From sequence record OZ035764.1: a stretch of 44,422 nucleotides of DNA; one strand, 5' to 3'. Both the position numbers and the translations under genes were made by a program. The notes under the pieces are model-generated. The model was not told the DNA's origin, searched no databases, and saw only the letters and a list, made by a program, of their open reading frames with translations. How positions within the stretch are numbered: the first letter of the stretch is position 1; each line of letters opens with the position of its first letter. Source of the DNA: Kagunavirus 536P11. Of the stretch, positions 8,731 to 17,837 are shown one piece after another.

Positions 8731-9243
8731 ATGCCGCTAATCGTGGAAACGGGAGAAATCGTACCTGGCGCTGACAGTTACATTAGCCTGGCTGACGCCC
8801 GCGCGTTAGCGGCTAATTATGGCCTTGAGCTACCGGAAGACGATACCGCAGCAGAGGTGGCCTTGCGCAACGGCGCTACTTATGTCGGGCTTGCAGAACC
8901 GCAGATGTGCGGTAGACGCGTGTCGGCAGAACAGTCTCTTGCGTATCCTCGCACCGGCGTAACGTTAAATGGCTTCCCTGTAGCGAACAGTGTTATCCCG
9001 AAACAGATAATTCTTGCGCAGGTAATCGCCGCAGTTACGTATGGCGCAGGCACCGAAGTGCGGGCTAACTCAGACGGCCGTTCCGTGCAGACTGAGCGTG
9101 TCGAGGGTGCAGTGACAGTGACCTACTTCAACAACGGCAACAGTGGCGCTACGACCGCGATTACGGCTGCGGACGACGCCTTACGCCCGTTACTGTGCGG
9201 CGGTCTTAACAATGGCTTCTCGTTTAACGTGTACCGGGGTTAA
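8731..9243 (+). CDS. head-tail connector/adaptor-like protein
   Basis: 170 aa, first gene after head genes; assignment by position. Confidence 0.4.
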   Translation: MPLIVETGEIVPGADSYISLADARALAANYGLELPEDDTAAEVALRNGATYVGLAEPQMCGRRVSAEQSLAYPRTGVTLNGFPVANSVIPKQIILAQVIAAVTYGAGTEVRANSDGRSVQTERVEGAVTVTYFNNGNSGATTAITAADDALRPLLCGGLNNGFSFNVYRG

Positions 9244-9245
9244 AA

Positions 9246-9860
9246 ATGGCGAATACTAAAACAGAGATATTCACGCTAATCGGATCCGAGCTACCGGACA
9301 ACACGACCGGACTTATCACGCCAGCGAAGCTGCGCGGGGTATTAACCCAGATGGCGGACTCACCTATTTACGCCACTCCCGGTGTTAAAGAGGTTGAAGT
9401 TCTCCGCGCAGCGTCAACAGTAGCGCAAGCGCCCGCCGCAGTAGATACAGCATTGCAGTTAACTTTCGGCTCTGCTCAGGGTAGCGCATCTGACCCGGTA
9501 ATGCTTAATGCTGCGGGGCTGGTTACGTTCAACACCGCGGGTAATTATGCCGTCCGCATCAAGTTACAGGCGGGGCGCACTGGAGCGAGCGGTACATCTA
9601 TCCTGTTATCGCGCATCCTCATCAACGGTGCTCAGTACGGCTCTCCCGCTGCCACAAAAATAGTCAGCGCCGACATAACAATTCCTATTGAGTCCCGCGT
9701 CGTTATTAACCCAACCGCAGGCCAGACGTTTGCCGTTCAGATTATGCGGGATAGCGCCGGGGCCAACTTCGGCGGTGTATACCCACAAGCGGCTACAGTA
9801 ACCTCATGGGGCACGGCACCGTCGGCGCTACTGGTTATCTCGAGACTGGAGGCCGCTTGA
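9246..9860 (+). CDS. virion structural protein
   Basis: 204 aa ORF in head-tail junction region. Confidence 0.4.
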   Translation: MANTKTEIFTLIGSELPDNTTGLITPAKLRGVLTQMADSPIYATPGVKEVEVLRAASTVAQAPAAVDTALQLTFGSAQGSASDPVMLNAAGLVTFNTAGNYAVRIKLQAGRTGASGTSILLSRILINGAQYGSPAATKIVSADITIPIESRVVINPTAGQTFAVQIMRDSAGANFGGVYPQAATVTSWGTAPSALLVISRLEAA

Positions 9861-9954
9861 TGAATAAGTTCGCATGTGGTTTAGTTTTTGGTTTTCTTAC
9901 CGCGGTAGTCTTGCACAGTTACGGTGTTCTTTTGACGCTGCAAGAGGTGTTAAA

Positions 9955-10314
9955 ATGAGCACCGCTTTCAGTAAACGTATGCAAGGCGTGGGTACACGTC
10001 TGCTAACCAAATTCGGTAGCACGGTATCTTTGGTTCGTGCTGGCTCGAAAGTGTGGGATGAAGTTCTCGGTGAGTACGTCTGGTCTGCGGATGAAGTGTT
10101 GCCGTTGAAGGCGGTTCCGGTTCCGGTAAACGCGGGACTGGTAAACGGTACGACGATTCAGGCTGGCGACATGATTGTTAAAGCGGATTGCAGTGTTGTA
10201 CCGAAGATGGAAGACAAGGTGCAATTCGGCGGCGAGCAATGGTCTGTCGTAGCCATTGAGAAGAAGATGGTTAACGATGATGTCGTGGCATACTTTATCC
10301 AGGTGAGAAAATGA
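9955..10314 (+). CDS. head-tail joining protein (putative)
   Basis: ATG 9955 with AAGAGGTG RBS preferred over track start 9874; stop overlaps next gene start. Confidence 0.4.
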   Translation: MSTAFSKRMQGVGTRLLTKFGSTVSLVRAGSKVWDEVLGEYVWSADEVLPLKAVPVPVNAGLVNGTTIQAGDMIVKADCSVVPKMEDKVQFGGEQWSVVAIEKKMVNDDVVAYFIQVRK

Positions 10315-10706
10315 GTTTCGCGCTTGATGTCTCTAAGTTCGTGGAAAAGGCGAAGAAGAACCCAGAGAAGGTGATGCGTCAGGTGTCTATCAAGCTGTTT
10401 TCCGCTATTATAAAGGCGAGTCCGGTAGATACAGGCCGATTTCGTATGAACTGGATGGCATCTGGCGGTACTCCTGCTTCCGGGATTACGGACGCTACAG
10501 ATAAATCAGGAAACATAGCAATCGGAAACGCTACAGGTTTCGTACTGAAAGCCACCGACTGGCGCGAGTTCACGCTGACAAATAATCTGCCGTATGCACA
10601 ACGACTGGAGTATGGTTGGTCGCAGCAAGCGCCCGCCGGGATGGTCAGGACTAACGTGTCTCGCTTCCAGCAACTCATTAATGAAGAAGCCAACAAGGTG
10701 AAATAA
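10311..10706 (+). CDS. tail component, HK97 gp10-like
   Basis: 131 aa; PVDTGRFRMNW motif resembles HK97 gp10 family signature; overlapping start/stop with neighbours. Confidence 0.45.
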   Translation: MSFALDVSKFVEKAKKNPEKVMRQVSIKLFSAIIKASPVDTGRFRMNWMASGGTPASGITDATDKSGNIAIGNATGFVLKATDWREFTLTNNLPYAQRLEYGWSQQAPAGMVRTNVSRFQQLINEEANKVK

Positions 10707-11119
10707 TGGGCTACTTTGAGGACTTAACCAAAGCGTTTGATGTGCCGTTGGTAGCCTTCGGGAACGCAAACGGCATCAAGGTTGCGCTTGAAAACATCGA
10801 CGCGCCGACGTCAACCGATACGCCGTATCTGGCGAGTTACATGTTGCTGGCAGATACGGAACAGGCGGATTTGTTCTTCACCGAGCAACGCTCTGGTATC
10901 TATCAGGTCGACATTAACTACGCATCGGCGCAAGGTAGCGCGCCAATCAATAAAATGGCAGACTTACTTAACACGGCGTTTAAAGCAGGCAAGTCATTTT
11001 CACGTAACGACATCTGCGCCGAGGTTCAATCGGTTAGCCTGGGGCCGCTGATTGTAGAAAACGGATGGGCCAAAAGACCATTGTCAATTAACTTTATTGC
11101 ATTCACCAAGAGGCTGTGA
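10706..11119 (+). CDS. tail completion/terminator-like protein
   Basis: 137 aa ORF immediately upstream of major tail gene. Confidence 0.35.
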   Translation: MGYFEDLTKAFDVPLVAFGNANGIKVALENIDAPTSTDTPYLASYMLLADTEQADLFFTEQRSGIYQVDINYASAQGSAPINKMADLLNTAFKAGKSFSRNDICAEVQSVSLGPLIVENGWAKRPLSINFIAFTKRL

Positions 11120-12288
11120 ATATGACTACAACTCCTTTTAAGGGCGCGAATACCGCGCAATTCTATGTGGCGGAAGTTACCCCGGGCGTAACACCGGCTA
11201 ACCCTGTCTGGTCGCCGTTGCGTAACACTGGCGGTGTTCCTGCTATCACCCGCGACACGCTGACCTCCAACGAGCTGGACGGCAGCCGTGAAACTACATC
11301 CATCCGCACCGGTAACAAACAGGTTAGCGGTGAATACGCGATCGAGCTTAGCTCGAAAAGCCAGGACGACTGGCTGGCGGGTGCTTTAGGCGCTACGTGG
11401 CAATCAGGTGTTTCTCTGTCTGGGCTGTCGATTACCGTCGCACCAGCGGGTAAGACGTTCACACGCTCCACCGGCAGCTTTATTACCGACGGCGTTGAAG
11501 TGGGCGACCTGATTGCGTTTACCGACTTAACGGGGGATAACGCCAAACCGTTTATCGTAACCGCAGTAAATGCACTGGTAGTAACCGGGGCGGGTATCCA
11601 ACACACCCTGACCACCGAGAAAAAAACTAGTAAGGCTAAAACCGGCGACACGCTGGAAACCGGTAACACGTGTAAGACGTTCTCTATCCTTACCTGGTAC
11701 AAAGGCCAGTGCGGCGGTACTGACGCGTACACGTTAACCAAAGGCGTGGAAGTTTCTGGTTTTACCATCGAACAGGCTGTTAACGCGATGGTAACTGGCA
11801 GCTTCCCATTCATCGGTCGCAGTCAGGAGATTCTCACTACGCCGCCGACCGGTTCCAACTTCTCATCTGTTACTTTTGGTGATGAGCCGTTCTCTTCGGT
11901 TGACGTTTCCGTGTTCGATGGCTCTACGCCGTTGCGTTGTGATAGCCTTACCATCACCAACGACAACAGCGCGTCCGCGCAGTTCGAACTCGGCAATACT
12001 AATGTGGCGTTTGTGGAGCGTAGCCGCGCGGCTAACACCTTCTCCATCTCCGGCAAGCTGTACGACATGGCTATGATTCAGAAGTTTATCAACGAACAAC
12101 AGGTAGAGATTAACTCTATTCTGGCGGGGGTAAACGGGGCTATGTCTTTCAGTCTGAAACGTGCAGAACTCACGGCGGTTACGCCAGAGATTGGCGGGCC
12201 TGAGTCAATCACTCAGAGCATAGAAGGACAGTCCACAGGCAATCAATACCAATCTTCTATTGTAATACAGCGTATTAGCTACGCGTAA
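11116..12288 (+). CDS. major tail (tube) protein
   Basis: 390 aa ORF upstream of chaperone and tape measure; followed by terminator. Confidence 0.55.
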   Translation: MNMTTTPFKGANTAQFYVAEVTPGVTPANPVWSPLRNTGGVPAITRDTLTSNELDGSRETTSIRTGNKQVSGEYAIELSSKSQDDWLAGALGATWQSGVSLSGLSITVAPAGKTFTRSTGSFITDGVEVGDLIAFTDLTGDNAKPFIVTAVNALVVTGAGIQHTLTTEKKTSKAKTGDTLETGNTCKTFSILTWYKGQCGGTDAYTLTKGVEVSGFTIEQAVNAMVTGSFPFIGRSQEILTTPPTGSNFSSVTFGDEPFSSVDVSVFDGSTPLRCDSLTITNDNSASAQFELGNTNVAFVERSRAANTFSISGKLYDMAMIQKFINEQQVEINSILAGVNGAMSFSLKRAELTAVTPEIGGPESITQSIEGQSTGNQYQSSIVIQRISYA

Positions 12289-12292
12289 GGAA

Positions 12293-12312
12293 AAGGCCCC
12301 GAAAGGGGCCTT
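12293..12312. terminator. bidirectional terminator hairpin AAGGCCCC-GAAA-GGGGCCTT
   Basis: between convergent tail tube (+) and HNH (-) genes; U-tract on minus strand side. Confidence 0.6.
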
Positions 12313-12313
12313 A

Positions 12314-12808
12314 CTATTTACCGTGGTTCTCGTGGAACCCTAAATCTCTTTCAGCAACTCTCCTCGCAGCAACTGCATCTAGTAGCGTTTTAAAGCATCC
12401 GATGTGTGTTTTTACGTTATTGTTGAATATCTGTGCGTACCACAACCTTTCTTTCGCGTTCCAGTAAACCCCGGTTACTCCTGATTTATTATTACGCTGT
12501 TTTGACATATTTTTATGGTTTTCCGCATTGGACTTTTTAGCTAAGTTAAGCGGTCTATTGTTTATTCGGTTATGGTCTAGATGGTCTATTTGATCTGACG
12601 AGGTTAGCTTATCGTTAGGATTGTTTAAGTCCCAAGCTATACGGTGCGCCGCGTGCCATTTACCTCTGAAAAATATCCTTCTATATCCGTCTCGCTGTAC
12701 AGTACCTGCCTCCTCTCCAGCCTTAGCCCTCCCAGAACGTGTTACTCTGTTAAATATCCTTCCTGAAATTAAGTCGTATATGAAAAATTCATTCCAGTCC
12801 ATAATCAT
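12314..12808 (-). CDS. HNH-AP2 homing endonuclease-like protein
   Basis: HNH-like segment IDHLDHNRINNRPLNL and AP2-like segment GVTGVYWNAKERLWYAQI; start at MIMDW (RBS AGGAGA) preferred over track start 12940. Confidence 0.55.
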   Translation of the reverse strand: MIMDWNEFFIYDLISGRIFNRVTRSGRAKAGEEAGTVQRDGYRRIFFRGKWHAAHRIAWDLNNPNDKLTSSDQIDHLDHNRINNRPLNLAKKSNAENHKNMSKQRNNKSGVTGVYWNAKERLWYAQIFNNNVKTHIGCFKTLLDAVAARRVAERDLGFHENHGK

Positions 12809-12845
12809 CTCCTGTTGCGATAAGGCCCCTTTCGGGGCCTTTTTC

Positions 12846-13076
12846 TCACCCATCAATGTTACTTCGATACTCCCGTAACTTCTCCAGACTTTCAATTGCT
12901 TCGTTAAGGTCTGTATCAGCGTCCTTATGCCCTCTACCACCCATACATAACAGTTTCTTTAATGCGTGCTGTAGCGCGGGGTCGTTAATAACGAAGGCCC
13001 TTAGTACATCATAAACATCACATGTAATGGAATCGCCTGCGGTGTTGGTAAGTGTATGGTCGTATTTATTTGTCAC
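12846..13076 (-). CDS. hypothetical protein
   Basis: 76 aa ORF in minus-strand cassette. Confidence 0.4.
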   Translation of the reverse strand: MTNKYDHTLTNTAGDSITCDVYDVLRAFVINDPALQHALKKLLCMGGRGHKDADTDLNEAIESLEKLREYRSNIDG

Positions 13077-13266
13077 TGTTAACCCTCTTAAATCGGGCTA
13101 TGCCTGACTCGTTAATGTTGCCTATTTCAAAGAAGCTGCGATATTTAGGAGAATACATTCTTACGTCGCCATTCTCTAGGGTGATCCCTTCATATACAGC
13201 ACCTACTTCGAACCCATTTTTCTCCGCGTACGGACTCACATCGGTGCATTCATACATGTCTTTCAT
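13066..13266 (-). CDS. hypothetical protein
   Basis: 66 aa ORF in minus-strand cassette; ends overlap neighbours. Confidence 0.4.
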   Translation of the reverse strand: MKDMYECTDVSPYAEKNGFEVGAVYEGITLENGDVRMYSPKYRSFFEIGNINESGIARFKRVNSDK

Positions 13267-14393
13267 CTCAGCATCTCCGGTGAAATAGTTAAACGTGCGA
13301 CCTCGCCATATTCGGCACTATAAGTAATTACATTTGCACTACGGCCTGACATCCATCCGCCGCGGGAGGCGTAGGCGTCTTTAGCCGCTAAGGTGCGGTG
13401 TTGCTCAACAATCATGTTACGGCTTTCTACAATCTTCTGGTGGTGCAGGTGGCCTACGTGGGCGTAGCTGTAGACGCTCTCGCCGAAAGCCTTACGGAAT
13501 TTAGAAATCATTACTGACTCTATGGTATCAAATCTCGCACGGTGCCCATGGTGCATGAATAGTGTAGTTTTTCCATGCTGAACCATCTTGTATACGTCGG
13601 GGGAGGTGTCAACAAATACGCGAGGTTCGTTGTCATACAATGTGCAGAACATTTCGGCAAGCCATACGGAGCCGACAGGGTCGTGGTTACCTTGAACGAT
13701 TAAAAGTTTGACTGTGTGATGTTTAACAAGCGCCATATCAACAACACGGCGCACCATACGAATCATGTAGCGCACAAGTTTCTGATAACGCGTATCTGCG
13801 TCCAACACATGGCGTGACTCAGGGGTAACTGCATCCAGACTATCGAAGTGCGCGAAGTCCCCAAGCAGGTTAATAACCCCAGTTCCCGCGTCCGGTGCTT
13901 TCTGAAATGCAGCATCGAACCAGCGAGAAAACAGGTCTTCCGCAATCTTCATATCCCAGTCGTCTCCGCTCTCGTCTGCCCATGCCAGCATACCGAGATG
14001 AAAATCAGATACCGTGTAAAGATTGAGTAGTTTATCGTCACGTTTGGCCCGAGTCGCTTTAACAGGCGCTACCGGGGTAATCTCCGACTTCATACCCTCG
14101 ATTACGGCGTTCATCAACTCGACCTGACGTTCGGCATCTGTGTCGGTCTTAACCCATTGCAGTTTAGTGTTGCCGAACTCGTCCACAAGTGACGACGTTC
14201 CTTTAATCTTGTAGCCATCTGGTACAAGGTGGCTAACGTCGCGCCCGTGGCCTACGCCTTTCTTTGCCAGCTTCGCTTTACGGATACGAATTACACGGTC
14301 TGAGATGCCATATTTACGGGCTATATCGATAGTTTTAACTCCGGCGTTCAATTCTTCCTGTAACTGTTCGTCGGTTATTTTCTTCCGGGCCAT
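13263..14393 (-). CDS. HTH domain + calcineurin-like metallophosphoesterase
   Basis: N-terminal HTH-like segment (IDIARKYGISDRVIR); phosphoesterase motifs DFH, GDFAHFD, GNHD, HHGH, GHLHH; RBS GAGGAAG. Confidence 0.6.
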   Translation of the reverse strand: MARKKITDEQLQEELNAGVKTIDIARKYGISDRVIRIRKAKLAKKGVGHGRDVSHLVPDGYKIKGTSSLVDEFGNTKLQWVKTDTDAERQVELMNAVIEGMKSEITPVAPVKATRAKRDDKLLNLYTVSDFHLGMLAWADESGDDWDMKIAEDLFSRWFDAAFQKAPDAGTGVINLLGDFAHFDSLDAVTPESRHVLDADTRYQKLVRYMIRMVRRVVDMALVKHHTVKLLIVQGNHDPVGSVWLAEMFCTLYDNEPRVFVDTSPDVYKMVQHGKTTLFMHHGHRARFDTIESVMISKFRKAFGESVYSYAHVGHLHHQKIVESRNMIVEQHRTLAAKDAYASRGGWMSGRSANVITYSAEYGEVARLTISPEMLR

Positions 14394-14431
14394 GCTTACT
14401 TCCTCGTGTTTAGGATTTGTCCTATACTAGC

Positions 14432-14623
14432 TCACTTCTCGTTAACATTCGAGTTGCACGCCCAGATTAAAATAAATACCCACGGCAGCAGAACCCAACC
14501 AAGAAACAGATTAGCCATGAATATCGCCAACTTCGCTTTATGGTTGCGGAAATACGCAACCAGGAAAGGTGTGAAATAAGCGAGAAGTGCAAACAGAATT
14601 AAGGAAATTGGTAAACTTGACAT
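14432..14623 (-). CDS. small membrane protein, superinfection-immunity (Imm)-like
   Basis: 63 aa, two TM helices; FLGWVLLPWVFILIWA resembles Imm-family signature. Confidence 0.45.
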   Translation of the reverse strand: MSSLPISLILFALLAYFTPFLVAYFRNHKAKLAIFMANLFLGWVLLPWVFILIWACNSNVNEK

Positions 14624-14653
14624 TTTAAAACCCTCTATTGTTGGTGTAAGTGA

Positions 14654-14682
14654 ATAGTACGCTATTATATTGGGGTGCGCAA
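14654..14682 (-). promoter_or_regulatory. early promoter with operator (TTGCGC-17-TACTAT, core AATAG-N4-CTATT)
   Basis: minus strand reads CACCCCAATATAATAGCGTACTATTCACTTA, near-identical to 37391-37423. Confidence 0.55.
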
Positions 14683-14789
14683 GTAGTGTGTTAGAATAAT
14701 TTTGCGCCTAGTGTCGCACACGAAAAGCGGGTGGTTCCCGTCTGGCGCATTTCCTTTAACCAGTAACCTCTTAACCAAAGGATTAAAGA

Positions 14790-15206
14790 ATGAAACTTTC
14801 TGATTTTTATTTCGAAGACAAAGCGCTGGTAGGCAAGAAGATGCCGATTCTGCTGCCGAATGGCGAAGACTCCGGTGAGTGGCTTAACGTTGTAAATCCG
14901 GATGCGGACGCCGCCGTTAAAGCCGGGCGTGCTTTCATTATCGCGTACCGCCGCGGTCTGGCGCGTTTTGAAGAACTGGAAAAAGCTGCCAAAGAATCCG
15001 GCGACTATACTGAATATAACCTGGCGGTTAACGAACTGGCGGAAGACCTAAACCGGCAACTCGCGGCAGAAGTCGTAAACGGCTGGAGCTTTGACGAGCC
15101 ATTCTCTAAGGAAGCGTTTAACAAATTGCTCGATCAGTTCAAAGCATTAGGCACACAGGTAGCGGCGTTCCATAACGCTGAGCGCAAAGCATTACAGGAA
15201 AAGTAG
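14790..15206 (+). CDS. tail assembly chaperone (G-like)
   Basis: 138 aa ORF directly upstream of tape measure; -1 frame is open from 15182 through 15571. Confidence 0.6.
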   Translation: MKLSDFYFEDKALVGKKMPILLPNGEDSGEWLNVVNPDADAAVKAGRAFIIAYRRGLARFEELEKAAKESGDYTEYNLAVNELAEDLNRQLAAEVVNGWSFDEPFSKEAFNKLLDQFKALGTQVAAFHNAERKALQEK

Positions 15207-15571
15207 ACGCGCTGTACAGGTTCGCCACCTACGAGTTTGTGGATAAGCATAAAATCAGAGAGTTTGATTCTATAGCTGACGGACACGAACAGGCGCTTAT
15301 CGCGATGGGTGTAATCGATAAGAAAAAACGTGCAGCGCGACGGGGTGGGCCAGAATGCCCGCCCCTTTTTATATCCACCTTTGAGACGTATTGCGACATT
15401 AAGTTTACGCGACACGTGCGCGAGGACGCTGTAGTATTGTTTGCAAGAGAATCCGTTACGTGGCAAGACCTGAAAGCCTATCTCGATGTTACGCAAAAAC
15501 AGCTTAGCCTGTTCGAGATAGACATTATCATGGGCTTAGAAGCAATCTTTGAAGGTAGAAATCATGGCTGA
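15200..15571 (+). CDS. -1 frameshift extension of tail assembly chaperone (T-like)
   Basis: -1 frame open across G stop; GGAAAAG at 15197-15203 two codons before stop; track ORF 15239-15571 is the downstream part. Confidence 0.4.
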   Translation, partial: KVDALYRFATYEFVDKHKIREFDSIADGHEQALIAMGVIDKKKRAARRGGPECPPLFISTFETYCDIKFTRHVREDAVVLFARESVTWQDLKAYLDVTQKQLSLFEIDIIMGLEAIFEGRNHG

Positions 15572-17837
15572 TACCGCTAGCTTGATAGTACGAGTATCAT
15601 CGACCGGCGTCGATAAAACCACATCACAACTGAACGGGCTTACTAAGGCGGCTGGGGCCGCTGCTGCTGCCGTCGTCAGTCTGGAAACCGCTAAGCAGGT
15701 GTTCAGTGCGCTGGTGGACTCTCAGCGCAACTTCGATAAGCTTAACTCCGGACTCATCACAATGACCGGGAGCGCCGAGAACGCGGCAAAGGCTTTCAGC
15801 GTCCTGCAACAGTTTGCTAAAGAAACACCATATGGTCTTAACCAGGCTGTAGAGGGATTTACCAAGCTCGTGGCGCTCGGGCTTAACCCCAGCAAAGAGG
15901 CGTTAATCTCCTACGGCAACACTGCGGCTGCGATGGGTAAAGACCTTAACCAGATGATTGAGGCAGTTGCTGACGCCAGTACATTTGAATTCGAGCGCTT
16001 AAAAGAGTTTGGCATCAAGTCGTCACAGCAGGCTGATACTGTTTCGTTCACGTTCCGCGGTGTAACAACCACGGTTAAGAAGAACTCAGAAGAAATTCAG
16101 AAATACCTCCTTAACATCGGCAACACTGATTTCGCCGGAGCGATGGAGACTCGCTCGAAGACCCTTGACGGGCAGTTGTCGAGCCTTGCTGACTCCTTCG
16201 ATGGTCTTGTTCTTGCAGTAGCGCAGTCTGGTTTCGGTGATGCGGTAGGCGAACAAGCCGCAACAGCAGAAGATGCCATCACGGCGCTCACCGATGCCAT
16301 TGCGTCTAATGAGATAGCGGCCACACTCCAGGATTGGGCGACGCTGTTCAATGAGTCGTTCAAGTTTATTTCTGACGCCTTGAATGATTTGGCGTACGAC
16401 ACAGAAGAAAAATCGGCGAACATGTCAGATTCGCTTGGCACAATCCCTGACGCTATCCGTGAGTGGTTGCCTGACATTCAGCAGACATTCCACGAGGTTA
16501 TTGCATGGTTTCAGCGCATTGATGATTATGCCGTAGCGTTAGGCCAGACTCTTGCCGATGTGTTCGACCCAAGCAAAACGGCAGCACTAACATTTAAAAA
16601 CCTGACCGCGGAGGCCGACGCCGCATATGCCGCCAGCATAAAACGCGCTGAGGCAGAGTCACAGGCTATTACCGACCGGTCGAAACAGCGTAAAAAAGAA
16701 ATTGAGGAACAGCGCAAGCAGTATGACGAGCGCAAGAAGCAAGAAATTGACTTAGCCAGCCTTGTTAATAAAAAGGGTGGAACTGGCGGCACCGGAAACG
16801 CCGACGACAAAGCGACAAAAGCAGCCGCTAAGAAAGCAGAACAATTGCGGAATCAGGCGCAAGACTACCTCGACACTTTGGCCCGTCAGAACAATGACGA
16901 GTTAAAGGCTATTGACGCGCAGGAACAGCAGAAACTGGCTAAAGCGAAAGAGTTCTACAGTCAGGGTGCGCTATCGTTAAAAGAGTACGAACAGGCTAAA
17001 ACCGCAATTGTTCTTGAAGCAGGGCAAAAACGGCAGGATGAACTGGATAAACGCCAGAAGGAGGCCCAGGAAAAGCAACAGAAAGGTGATGATTTCATGG
17101 CTCAGATTATGGGCCAGAACGCCACCGAGCTCGAGCTTCTGGATATTCAGGAACAGCAGAAACTGGCGGTAGCCGATAAGTACAGGGAACAAGGTCTGAT
17201 TAGCGAGAAGCAGTATCAGGCAGCGCTTAACGCCATCAACGAGCAGTACGCGACCAAGCGAGCCGACGCAACGGCAACAGCTTTTGGCAACATGGCTTCT
17301 AACATCGGCTCCGCGTTAGGCGAAGCATCTGGCGCTTATAAAGCGTTCGCTATTGTACAGGCCACTATCGCTACGTACACCGCAGCTATTGAAGCGTATA
17401 AGTCAACGGCGGCTATCCCGGTTGTCGGACCGTTCCTTGCACCGGTAGCCGCTGCCGCTGCCGTTGGCGCAGGCATGGCGCAGGTTTCCGCTATCCGGTC
17501 TGCGCGTGAGCAGGGCGGTCAGTTGTCTGCGGGGCAGGCATCGACCATTGCCGAACGCGGTAAACCTGAGGTAATCATGCCGGCGGGGGCGTCGCGGGTA
17601 CGAACCGCGCAGCAGATGAAAGAGATTATGGGGCAAAACGGGTCTTCTTCCGGCCCATCTAATGTTACCATCGTAAACAACACGAGTTCGCAAATCGGCA
17701 ACGTGTCCACCGAGCAGGATGATGAAGGGCGTCTGCGCATCATCATCGAGGAACAGGTAGCCGCCTCTTTGCAGAATAGTAACAGTAAGATTAGCAAGGC
17801 CCGCAAGGCCACAAGAAACGCGCCGGGGTTCAAATAA
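15564..17837 (+). CDS. tape measure protein
   Basis: ~757 aa, A/Q/E/K-rich coiled coil with Gly/Ala-rich C-terminal part; ATG 15564 (RBS GAAGG) preferred over track start 15549. Confidence 0.75.
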   Translation: MADTASLIVRVSSTGVDKTTSQLNGLTKAAGAAAAAVVSLETAKQVFSALVDSQRNFDKLNSGLITMTGSAENAAKAFSVLQQFAKETPYGLNQAVEGFTKLVALGLNPSKEALISYGNTAAAMGKDLNQMIEAVADASTFEFERLKEFGIKSSQQADTVSFTFRGVTTTVKKNSEEIQKYLLNIGNTDFAGAMETRSKTLDGQLSSLADSFDGLVLAVAQSGFGDAVGEQAATAEDAITALTDAIASNEIAATLQDWATLFNESFKFISDALNDLAYDTEEKSANMSDSLGTIPDAIREWLPDIQQTFHEVIAWFQRIDDYAVALGQTLADVFDPSKTAALTFKNLTAEADAAYAASIKRAEAESQAITDRSKQRKKEIEEQRKQYDERKKQEIDLASLVNKKGGTGGTGNADDKATKAAAKKAEQLRNQAQDYLDTLARQNNDELKAIDAQEQQKLAKAKEFYSQGALSLKEYEQAKTAIVLEAGQKRQDELDKRQKEAQEKQQKGDDFMAQIMGQNATELELLDIQEQQKLAVADKYREQGLISEKQYQAALNAINEQYATKRADATATAFGNMASNIGSALGEASGAYKAFAIVQATIATYTAAIEAYKSTAAIPVVGPFLAPVAAAAAVGAGMAQVSAIRSAREQGGQLSAGQASTIAERGKPEVIMPAGASRVRTAQQMKEIMGQNGSSSGPSNVTIVNNTSSQIGNVSTEQDDEGRLRIIIEEQVAASLQNSNSKISKARKATRNAPGFK

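Noticed and set aside
12822-12844. Hairpin AAGGCCCC-TTTC-GGGGCCTT which, with the hairpin at 12293-12312, looked like inverted terminal repeats flanking the HNH gene
   Set aside because: The same GC stem with a tetraloop recurs at several gene ends (2785, 5045, 24907, 30867), so it is better explained as a generic terminator or RNA-stabilising hairpin than as mobile-element ends.
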